A stretch of 64,000 nt of DNA from positions 682,001 to 746,000 of the forward strand of contig JAYWIR010000037.1 of NCBI GenBank assembly GCA_036172245.1. The letters are read 5' to 3'. The DNA is from Raillietiella orientalis (Eukaryota). The position numbers and the translations under genes were made by a program. Numbering within the stretch: position 1 is the first letter of the stretch; each line of letters opens with the position of its first letter. Positions 1 to 12,300 of the stretch are shown one piece after another. The notes below the pieces were generated by a model. The model was not told the origin of the DNA and searched no databases. It was given only the letters and a program-made list of their open reading frames with translations.

Positions 1-177
1 TACATATAATAGAGCGAGTTTTGTCCCTACCTTTCTATATAGACAAAAGACGTTACTTTATGAGAAATACTTATTTCATTTACTGTCATCGGATGCCATT
101 CAGTGAAATAAGTCGCGTTAAATCCAAACGGTCATTTGCTTGACATAATAAGTTAAGCAGCGAGCAATATTGCGTTC

Positions 178-210
178 CATGTGTTACGCTGATAGCTGAT
201 TTTGCACGTG
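178..210 (+). promoter_or_regulatory. E-box pair (CATGTG 178-183, CACGTG 205-210) in a CpG-containing region upstream of midasin
   Basis: Motifs seen directly, about 170-200 nt before the ATG at 376. Function is inferred from ribosome-biogenesis genes being typical Myc/Max targets. Confidence 0.4.
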
Positions 211-375
211 GTTGAGAGTAGGTAGTGCAAATTTTTTTTGTCCCATCCATGATTGGAATGAATTATATAAAAACAATTTAACATGCCACCTGGACATTGA
301 GTAGAATCAAAGTTTTATAGAGTTTCAGGGAGCTGGGTCTCACCCAATTCATAGAAGCATAACTCTTCATTAAGG

Positions 376-3300
376 ATGGATTCAGAATACCATTTGAATT
401 TCGAAGCCTTAATAGAGTATATATCTGATGAAAGTCTAGAAATCAAAGATTCTCTGAAATGTTTTTTGCCCAATACAGTTAGTAGACCTTTATAATATTT
501 ACTGTTATGATTAAATAAGTAAACTGATTTCATTCGTAACATGGAATCATAACATTATTGCCGGATGTCTTTCTAGTTCGTGACTTCTCAAAATAAATCC
601 CAAGTTGTGGATTTCACAGCTTCTCTTTTGCTAAAACCACATTTAGCAGAAAAAGTTTTTTGGACTTCGCCATCCTTTTTCTACTTGTGCTTGCAAGATG
701 TATTTAGAACTAAAAATTGTTTGGATACCAATGAATACATAAGTTTAGCAAAATTAATGAAATATTCGGAATATAATTGGTAAGTGATGGTTTTTGTAAT
801 GCGAGTGTTTACATATTCATTTTCCATGCGCTGTAATTTTTTAGCAATTAAGTTATTATTTATGGGCAATTGACAAATTAGACTATTGGGTTTCAGAAAT
901 AATGGTGACTATTTGTGGAGCCCATTTTGTTAATGCTGTTAGTTAAATATGCATACTAGTTAGCAAAAGTTTTGATCCTAAAAGCACTCTCAATTACTCA
1001 ATATTTCTGCAGTACTTGCATTTACACCATTTTTTTTTAGGTATTTCTTATCAAAAGCTTATGAATCGTATTGGCAACTTAATGTTGAGGAACAGAATCA
1101 TTTCCTATCAAAACAGATAACAGATGTCCAATCAAAGGATATTGCAGATGCTTGCGCAGAAGCCACTTTCCAAATAGTTTTGAATTCCAAGGATGTTCAT
1201 AAGTCTGCTTCTTTGTTTGCATATTTAGTAAATGCTTTGGAGTTCAATTTGCATACCGTAGCTGGTCTATGGTAATTATTTTTCAAGTTTTTATTTAAAA
1301 GCACATGCAATAATACACTGCTTATTGTTGGTGTGATCATACACTCTCTTTACAGGTTTGCTCTAAAAAGTGTTGCTATAATTTTGTGCTGCTCGCCTGC
1401 TCATTGGAAGCTATTGGCAGCACACTTTTTTGATAAGGAAGTCGATTTTTCCTGGAAAATAAGAAATTACTTCTTGAAATCACCAATGATGAAAGAAAGC
1501 AGTTTAATTTTTGGATCACATAAATGCTCTTCTAAATGTTTTAAACTAAGTGACATAGCACCTAATTTGAAGTGCATTTCTGGAGTGTTTTTTTCCTGTT
1601 TCAATTCATCATCTTCGGTAAATATTTCTGTTGCAATGATAAGGTTTTACAGCATGCCAAATTATTTGTTTAAATGCTGCTGCTTTATGCATTTGATTTG
1701 ATTAATTCCTCTCAAATGGATGGGAGGTTTATGACAAATAGCTCACAGTTTTCTTGTTAGACGTATGTAAAATCAAAAATTGTAAAAACTGTTCATGCTG
1801 TTAAGAGAATTCATCACATTAGGATATAATCATCAAAGTTGTTTAAACTGCTGATGTTGGCTTGCATGTTTTAATGTGCGATCTTTCATTTGTAAGTTGT
1901 AAACATTTCTATTTGATTAGCGTTAGGTAAATATTAAATGAAATGAAATTTTTTATATTCTGTGCATGGTTTTAACAAAGATCTTTAATACTGCGGTGTT
2001 TCCCAATTACCTTTCTTGAACTGAATGCCTCATACATAAAAGAAGTTTTATTTCTGTGTTTTTGCTTTTTTTTTCATCCTATATTTAAATAATATTTTAC
2101 AAAATGTACTCACACATAATTTTAGATTGACTGTTTGCTTACAGTTCCTTGTTTCTAGGCACTGAGAATGGCTGTTCAGAAATTTAGTTCTGCAGTTATA
2201 CTTACTTTGCAATTGCTTCATTGCAAAGTAAGTAACTTCTGGTCCAAATGTTTTAAGTTTGCTTCATTCTTAGATGGCAGCAAGTCTTTTTGGCTCATTC
2301 ACTGTATTATTTTACATTAAACATAGTGCAGCAGCTTTTTAATACATGATAGTATTTTAAATTTTAATTTTATAGTCTTTATAAAATTTAGAATCATTCT
2401 ATTTTATAGAATGATTATACATTTGTTCTATTATACATTTGTTATCATTATTTTGATGCAAAATGTCGATCTTACAGTTAAACATTTTTCACTTCTCTAT
2501 AACTAATCTAGTCGATATTTTTGAGTCGTTATTAATTTTTTTTTTCATCTCTCCTGCTACAGTTATATATGATGGCTTATTTGAATTCACCATCTAGTTG
2601 AGTTGTATGACCTATAAATAGTTCTCACATTTTTTCTTAGCATGGAGTTTCTCTGCTTAGTGTTTATAATGTTCTCTGGGATGAAAGAATGGACATTTTT
2701 TTTAGTAAATTGCTCTCATTCGATGTTTTTTTCTCTTGATTCCTAATACAGTATCCTTTGATGTATCAAATTCATTTCCTGATGCTAAGGATGTGATAAT
2801 AGCTAAGTCTGGAAAATAACCGTCATACCTGATAAATTCATTCAGGAGATAGTGAATGATCAAGGATATTTTGTAAAGGAGTCTGTTTCATGATTTCCAA
2901 TTGTATGAATACCCAAAACCCTAAACTTGCAAATACCCTCAAACCAAAAGAGGTAATTAAACATAGATTTGTCAGGATTAAGGGGAATTCATTCTCAAAT
3001 CGAGTTGTATCTAAGAAAATAAATTTGTAACTGAAATGGAAGCACATATGGTGAAGGAAAGATAAGTGATCAGGATGCGTGAAGATCCATATAGTATTTT
3101 TGCTTATGTTTGTATATTTTAGGATCTTGCAAATAATAAAATATTTATCGTATGGGTAAATATGAAATAACTTTTAAATTCATTCACCGGTTTTGCTCAC
3201 TAATTCTGTTCAGTGGGTAAGTAAATTCTGCAGTTTTTGGAACACATCAACTATTGCAGTGTTGTAAACAGCAATTGTTTCAAAGGTTATCCACATCTGA

Positions 3301-6300
3301 GTGCTATTTAACCGCTTATGAGAATAAAAGGAAGTCCAGAATTTATATCTCTTCAAACATTGAATATTTCAGTCTTGGAACTAATGCAAAATGTATATTT
3401 TAAGTAAGGTTGTAATAAAAAATGATTTTCCTGTTTGTTGTGCTTCAGCTAAATTCAGTTCATGGTAGCATTCAGGTGGTCTCAAAAGAATTTCGTTCCA
3501 TGTGTATAGATGCAGTTTATTGTCTCGGAAAAAAAAAAAAAAAAAGATTGGATTATTTCAGTGTTTTTAAGTTCTATTGCACATTTCATCTTTTGTCAAG
3601 TCTTATGCAGTGGGTTATGTTTATGATGTACGGTTATTAAATTACCTTTCTTTTAATGCATAGAAACTTTAATGTTTTAATTGCATCATGCATTTTCTGT
3701 GGATGAGGTATTAATCATATAATTTTTTTTCATAACTTCATGCATGCTGATTTAATTGTGACGTTGTGACACTTAATGTTTCTAAATAGAAAACAGTACT
3801 ATCAAATATCTCTACTCCTAGAAATTTTAAACTTCAGTTTTGCGGAACATGATAAAAGTTAATTCATTTAATTTATAAAAATTCATAAAAGCAAGTTAAT
3901 AAAAGTAAAAGTATGCTCCTGCTTTTATAAATGTAATTTATAAAAGTAGGGGCATTTTAGAGTTTTAAAACATGGGTTGTGCATTATGCTTTGAGGTACT
4001 TAAATGCTTGTGTACATGAAAAATGGATTGGATGATTAATATGAATTATTAAGAGTGCGTGGATCAGTTTTTTCATATTCAGGTTTAGATTACAAATATC
4101 TGAAGAATTTGATGGCTATTTGTCAAAAGTTTCCTTGTCAGTAATTCAGTATGCCTAAAATTTCCAATTTTAATTCATCAATAACAGTTGAAAATATAGT
4201 TTTGGAATAGAAAAGAGTGCAGTGGTTATTTATAAAAAATGCAAAACTTTTTGACATAGTTATTACTAATTTATCAACTTCTAAAGGAAATCGCAATTTA
4301 TTCATGAAGAAGCTAAATTAAAATAAGGCTTATTTGATTGTGCTTATTTATAAAACTTTGACGGCAGGTTAGAAAAGAACTTAATTTGAAAAGCTTATTA
4401 AAGAAAATTCGCAATTGCACAGTGACAAGACTCTTGAAAGTCATGCAAATGTTTCCAACAGTGTTACTATCCCTTGTGAAAATCACATTAAACAGGTTTA
4501 CATAGAGAATGTTTATACTCAATCTGCAAATTGAATGGTATGCATGATGCAGTATTATTACGATATGTAAAAGTAAAATTAAAAAACTTTTGTTTTCTTT
4601 CTGTAATTTCTTTTTCTTCCCATGTGTTTAATATATGAATCCAGGTAATGCCATTTTGATGCTGTAGTCATTCTGTTTTTTTGTGCATCTACTCTTGAAG
4701 ATAGCCTCACTTTTATTTGTTTTTAGCAGATGAAACCTATTGTTCTTGTGAAATCAACTGAAAATTCTTTAATGAATCTGATTGCTGCAATTTCTCTTGC
4801 AAAACCAGTGCTCATAAAAGGACCTATAAGCAGTGGGAAAACATCCCTGATAGAATATTTGGCTGCAGAAATGGGTTAGGAAGTCATTTATTCAGAAAGT
4901 TTTATTTTATAAAGTTCTTCACATTTTGTAATATATCATGATACTTTTTAATAGGTAAAAGGAATGAAGAATTCATCAAGATCCAAATAAGTGACCAGAC
5001 AGACTCCAAAATTCTTCTTGGGACTTACAAATGCTTGGATATTCCTGGTGAATTTACGTGGGAAGCAGGTCCCCTCACCCAAGTATTGTATAATGAAGCA
5101 TTCCATGCATTATTCAGCAACTGATTTCTAGGCTGTCAAACAGGGAGGTTGGATTTTGCTTGAAGACATTGATACTGCTTCTTTTGATTTAATGACTGTA
5201 TTAATTCCTCTTATTCAGAACAGGACATTATTTCTACAAGGACATGGAAATAGTATTAAAGCTCATCCTGAATTTCGTTTATTTGCAACTCAAAGGTGAA
5301 CAAGATGCATTAGTTACATGCCTCGTAAATCTTTATTCTATATTTAAAGGTTATTTCAGTAATGTACATTTTCTTTCTGTACAAGTCTAGAGTAAATTTT
5401 GAACATTATCCTCTTGAAATTAAATATGATCTTTGTTTCTTAAGAAAAATGTTTGCTCTTCTGATTAAATAGGTTAATTGAATCAAAGCATAGATATCTT
5501 GAAACAAAGGCAAATTCTGTAGCAATGATTATGCAAAATTGGATGATAGTGCATATGCAGTCATTAACCTCATCTGAACTAAAAATAATCATTGAAAAAT
5601 TAGTAAGTTCATTTTTTGTTCAATTGCTAATTAATGTGTGTGTTTTTTTTAAAAAAAACATTGATTTTAAATTATTTCTTTGATGTAAGGTGCGTGCCAA
5701 TAAATAAGATAAATCAGCATTAGTAAAAGCTTCGAAATGTGTTGGAAATTTTGTCAAATACTCCCATAAATGCGTTTTTATTTATATATGATCTCAATGG
5801 ATTTTTGACAATTATTTTTTTTGATATTAGTTTTTGCAATTCACAACAATAGGTCTTACATGAAATTCATACAATACACATTTTACAGGATAAGACTTTA
5901 CTGATTTTTAATTTTTTTAATCAAGAAATCACTTATATATTTTCCCTGAACTTGCCATTGAAGTTTGTAATATCCATTGTTTGATATTATCACTTGGCTG
6001 AAAGGAGGAGCAAATTCTTTAAAACTTTATCAATGAGAGCAATAATCTAGAGCTCTCTGTGCCTAGTATCTGTTGTTTTGTCTTAAAAGACAATAAACCT
6101 CCCTACAGGCTTCCAGCTATTTACTCTGTATTTATAACTAGGCTGCAGAGAATAACAGTATTACTCAGATAATAACAGTATTATAGTATCAAAAATCCTA
6201 TGACATTAAAGTTTCAATTTTATAACATTTTATTTGCAAGATCATTTGGGATGAAATAGTATTAAAGCTCGTCCTAGATGCTTGATTCTATTTGAATTTA

Positions 6301-9300
6301 TCCCAGAAGGATATTTTGTAAGAATTCACAGTGAATTGAAGGAAACTTTGGGTGATGAATGTAATAAATGTTTTCAAGGCATCATGATGCTAATTCTAGA
6401 TTGCTTCAATGAATTTTGAGGTTTGCTGCAAACTTGCTATGGTTTTTTTAGAATTCTTGACGTTATGCAAGAGAGATTCCCAGAATTCATTATAATGGAA
6501 GCTGTTTTTTATCACTACATGCAATTTAATGAAAGCATTTGTAATTTTGATTCATTATGTAGATGTACTGAACACAGATAGTAATCCAAAGAGCATCGTT
6601 TTATCAATAAGCACATGGACATTCGTATATGTTATGCTTTTGTAAGCAAGGCTAATACAAATTTAGGAATGCATGGTATGTGGGCTTTTGAAAATTCAGT
6701 ATATACAATAAGTTCATTTGGAAACCATATGGGATGTAATCATGTTGAAAGTTGATTTCGTGAGATACGGTAGGGATTCAGGAAATAAGTTCTGTTATAT
6801 TTATTTAAATTTCTCATTTGGTTTTCGTATTTTGAGGTTAAATTTGTTTTGTTTCATGTTTTCATTGACATCATTACTTCTTGGGGCTAAGCATGTTAAT
6901 GTAACCGAAATTTAGCATTTAGTTCTGTTTTCCGTATTAGTTTTTTTTAAATCTTTTAACTTCTGAAGTAATTAGGGAATCGAACTCGTACTTAAAGTGT
7001 CAAATCTCTTTAAGTTTATATTTTGCTGAAGAAGCTGATACATAAGTGCGACGTATGAATTACTCTCTTACTCACTTACTCGAATTATTCCTTTCTGTCA
7101 TGTTTTCTATAGATGAGAATACCTTTTAATGTGATGCTATTTGGAAATTCATAAAGCAACATTTAAAATTTGAAAGAATGTTTTGTCATCTTTTTCACAG
7201 CATGGGTACTAAAAGGTATTTTTATTTACTTGTGGGAAGTTATGATGAAAGAGTGCTTTGTTTTCATGTAGTGACATATACACATGCAGTATATACGACA
7301 GTACATAAAAACAAAACATGGCTGTTTATGTATTAATTATTATCTATTCTGAGTGTTAATAGCAAGTAGTGTACTGTTTTTTTATTCAATTTTAAAGGTA
7401 GTTTCTTCATTGTATGTAATGAAAAGCATTGACGGTTCAAAAAAATAATTGACGACTATTTTTATAACGAAATTTAATTTCTGAATTTTTTAGTGGCCTT
7501 CATTGAAACCTATTGTGAACAAAATTGTGGAGATATATTTGCATTTATGCCCACAAATTTTCATGACAGATAACAATTACTGTGAAAATTTAAATGAGGA
7601 ATTGAAGCTATTACACTATAATCTTATCAAATTTGACAAAGTTGTTTGCTCAAGGTATGATTTGAAAATTCAGAAAAATTGATTCAATTTTTGATATCTT
7701 AGTTAAAATGCCTATATTTATTCATCCTTGTTTTGTTGTTTTTTAAATGAAAAGAATCAATTTTTTTTCAACATTTGTACTGATTTCTTTTTTTTTTGAT
7801 TATTGGAGAAAATTGAAATAAATTCAAATTCTGTATAAATTGAAACTCAGATACATTGTATAACTCCATATAATTTGATGTGTTATTGCATTGATTTACT
7901 TAAGCAATGAAGAACTCATTTTTGTCCCGAAATTTTGCTGTCTGGATATTGATTATAGTTTGTTCTGTTTCAGAGATATTCTAAAATGGTGCAATAGAAT
8001 AGATAAATACTTCGGAACATCCTCAGAAATTAATTGCTCATATGTATATCAAGATGCTTTAGACTGCTTTATTAGTTCTATTCCAGAAGTGTCATTGAGA
8101 ATACAATGTGCGGAAATAATTGGCACACAGTTGAATATTTGGAGAGCAAAAGCAGAGTTTTATTGTACTCAATACAAACCTGATATCTACATTAGCAAAC
8201 AAAAGATATCTGTTGGGCGGATTCATCTAAAGAAAAATAATTCTTCGAATTATGTTGATCTCTCAACTTTCCCCTTTTCATATACTCGACATTCATGTGC
8301 TCTTCTGGAGCAAATTTGTGCAGCTGTGAGCAACAACGAACCAGTACTTCTGGTTGGAGAAACTGGTGTTGGGAAAACTGCTACAGTCCAGTTTCTTGCC
8401 CAGCAAATCTGCTGTGAACTAATTGTTATTAATATGAATCAGCAGAGTGAGAGTACTGATTTATTAGGAGGGTATAGACCAGTGGAAGTGTGTCATGTGC
8501 TTTCTCCTATACGGAAGGAATTTGAGTTGATCTTTAAAAAAACGTTTTCATTCAAAAAGAATTTCAGATTTCTCAAGCATATAACTCAGTGTTTTTTAAA
8601 TAAAAAATGGCAAATGTTTGTGCAGTTAATTCAGCATTGTTGTGTATCTGCCCAGAGAAAGTTAAGTGATAATACAAATGAAGCTCTATTGACATGCTGG
8701 GAAGTTTTGAATCAAAAATTGCATAAATTACGACTACAGCTCGATCATGTCGATAAAGCGATTGCTTTTAAATTCATTGAGGGAAGTTTAGTAAAGGCAT
8801 TTAAAAGAGGAAGTTGGATATTATTAGATGAAATTAACCTCGCATTTCCTGAAACACTTGAATGTTTAGGAGGTATATTGGAAGATGTTAACAATCAACT
8901 GACGGTTTTGGAAGAAAGCCATATGGAGCCCATCAGAAGGCATAAAGATTTTCGCATATTCGCTTCCATGAATCCTGCTACGGATATTGGAAAGAAAAAT
9001 CTACCTATTGGTATACGCAATCGGTTTACTGAGTTCTTTGTTGATGACTTGACAACAGCTTCTGACTTATGCATTTTAATTGGCGATTATTTGAGAAACC
9101 ACTTTGTTTCTTCATCAGTTATAAAAAATATAGTTAAATTCTATAACTGTATCAAAATTAGTTCTTTGGAAAGTTTGAGTGATGATATGGGTCATCGACC
9201 TATTTATAGTCTGCGAACATTATGCAGAGCTTTAAAAGTAGCTGCTTCAAATCTTTGTGGCTCAGTTACTCGTTCCTTATATGAAGGGTTCTGTATGAGT

Positions 9301-12300
9301 TTTTTAACTCAGCTAGATCAGAATAGTCATCACAAAGTTCACCAGCTTATTGTGAAATATATTGTAGCAAATGCTGATTTGCATGCTTTAATAAATCAAC
9401 CATTACCTTGCCCTGACAAAGATCTTTTTCTAAGTTTGCAAGGTTATTGGATTCAGAAAGGTGATTTTGAATTTAGTTTACCAGATAACTATATTATTAC
9501 TAAAACTGTTGGTGTGAACTTAAAGAACCTTATTCGTGTGATTTCATTGGGAGGACAACCTGTTTTATTACAAGGAAACACCTCAGTTGGCAAAACTAGT
9601 TTAATAACCTTTTTAGCAAAATCTTCTAGAAATTACTGCGTACGGATTAATAATCATGAGCACACAGATATTCAAGAATATATTGGAACATACTGTGCAG
9701 ATAGTGAAGGAAATTTTGGATTTAAAGATGGTCTTTTAGTAAGAGCTATGAAACTAGGCTATTGGATAATTTTGGACGAGTTGAATTTGGCCCCAACGGA
9801 TATATTGGAGGCATTAAATCGTGTTTTGGATGATAACAGAGAACTATTTATTCCTGAAACCCAGGAAGTTGTAAAAGCCCACCCAAGGTTCAAGGTTTTC
9901 GCAACACAAAATCCTCCAGGATTGTATGGTGGTAGAAAATGTCTATCACGTGCATTTCGTAACCGTTTTATTGAATTGCATTTTGGTGAAATTCCTCCTG
10001 GAGAGTTGCAAGAGATTCTTCATCATCGATGTCACCTTCCCATTTCCTATTGCCAAAAGCTTGTTAAAGTCATGATAGAATTACAGGTGAAGAGAAAAGG
10101 AAGCTGTGTATTTGCTGGAAAATCCGGATTTATTACTCTTCGTGATTTGTTCCGATGGGCAGAACGTTATCGCCTTGCAGCAGATCGAAACCACAAATTC
10201 TATGATTGGAATCAACATTTAGCTGATGAAGGATATCTTTTGTTAGCTGGCAAAGTGCGACTTCAGCAAGAAGAAAGTGTAATAAGAGATGTACTTCAAC
10301 ATGTTTTTAAAACAACTGTACAACCCGAAAAGTTATTCAGTTTTGATGATGAGATAGGATCTGCAACCGTGGAAGAAACACGAAGAATGCTTAAAACTAA
10401 CCTAGGAAGCGATATGCCAGAATTAGTATGGACATACAATATGAGAAGGATGGCAATTCTTACTTTACACGCCCTTCACTTTCGAGAACCCGTGCTGTTG
10501 GTAGGACCTACTGGTTGTGGTAAAACCACATTGTGTCAGTTTCTATCATTATTACTAAAAGTTCCATTACGATGTGTAAATTGCCATATGCATACTGAAA
10601 GTGCAGATTTTTTGGGCAGTCAAAGACCAGTTCGAAACAACAAATCTTCCTCAAAGTTATTTGAATGGGTGGATGGTTCCTTAGTGATTTCTATGAAAGA
10701 AGGATCTTTGTATCTAGTAGATGAAATATCTTTAGCAGATGACAGTGTCTTGGAAAGATTAAATTCTTTATTAGAACCTGAACGCACTTTACTTTTGATT
10801 GAGAAAGCAGAAGGAATTACCTGTGAACCAGAAGTTATTGTAGCTCATGAAAACTTTAGATTTATTGGTACAATGAATCCTGGAGGTGACTATGGCAAGA
10901 AAGAGCTTTCTGTGGCTCTCAGAAACCGGTTCACAGAAATATGGTGTCCTTCACACTATGAGGATGATGAAATCAAGATGATTGTTGAGCAGTATATCAG
11001 AAAAGATATTAGATGTAATTTCTCCAATGGTATCTCAAGTAATGTAGCAAATGCAATGATTGATTTCATGAAGGTGTTTGAAAATGCATTTGGTGAAGAC
11101 AGGCAAGTTCATTTTGCTTTACAAAGTAATTTTTATTTCTAAAAATAATTAGGTGGTCTCTGATTAGCATTCGGGATTTAGTAGCCTGGAGTGAATTCAT
11201 AAATGTTGCAGCATTAAACAACATATCTTTAGAAGATGCATTTGTCCATGGGGCATGCATGTTGTTTATTGATACTTTAGGAAATACAGATCAGTAAGTT
11301 TTAATAATTTAGAACAAAGTTAAGATGAAGTCTTCTGTTTAAATTGATTTTACAGGAGACATGAAGAAAAGCAGATTGAATTGTTACATTATATAAAATC
11401 TGAACTACTACAAAGATATGGTTATAACTTGAATATCAGCAATTTTATTGGAAAAATGCCAGATTTAACACGTGTTGTAAATACACAAAATTTGTTTGGG
11501 ATAGTCCCTTTTGTGTTTCCAAAAGGTAATTGAGCATTTTCAAGTTTTCAAGTTAATGATACGGTATCTTTAATGCATTGTTTAACTATTTCAATGTGGA
11601 TTGTTTAAATTTAAATCAATAGCAGAAAACTCGAACGTTCTTGTTTTCAAGTCAGTATTGGAGTAACTGTAATAAAACAAAATAATGTTTTCCTATTTTA
11701 AGATGACTCTGCGGTTCAATCCATAGAGCAGTTGTTCACCCTAAAAGCTCCTGGATCCTTTTTCAATATGTTGCGTATTTTGAGAGGTATGCTATTAGAT
11801 AAACCAATTTTGTTAGAAGGAAGTCCAGGATGCGGTAAAACAAGTCTTGTCATCTCATTAGCCCAAGTTTTAGGAATCCAAGTTATACGCATAAACTTAT
11901 CTGAGCAGACTGTAAGTCTGTTTTCTCTGGTTACTTATGTTACTTATTGTTACAGGATATAACTGATTTATTTGGTTCAGACTTACCTGAAGAAAATCAG
12001 GATGGCGGACACTTTGTTTGGAGAGATGGTCCACTACTGAAAGCTCTTAAAGAGGGACAATGGGTTATTTTAGATGAAGTATTTGCAAATTAATTTGATT
12101 TTTTAATAGTCATCATTGCAGCTTAATTTAGCTTCTCAGTCTGTTTTGGAAGGTCTGAATGCTTGCTTGGATCATCGTGGAGAAATTTTTGTTCCTGAGC
12201 TTAATCAGGTGTTTACTGTCCAAAGAGGACAGACAAGGATTTTTGCTTGTCAAAATCCTTTTCATCAAGGAGGTGGTAGAAAAGGTCTACCTCGCTCATT

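Noticed and set aside
5641..5660. Perfect palindrome TGTTTTTTTTAAAAAAAACA
   Set aside because: Low-complexity T/A junction; not informative.
6973..6990. tRNA B-box-like GAGTTCGATTCCC on the - strand (similar fragments near 34432 and 37610)
   Set aside because: No correctly spaced A box or cloverleaf stems.
7242..7352. Intronic C/D snoRNA candidate (ATGATGA ... CTGA)
   Set aside because: No terminal stem and no recognisable rRNA-complementary guide; such motifs are expected by chance in AT-rich DNA.
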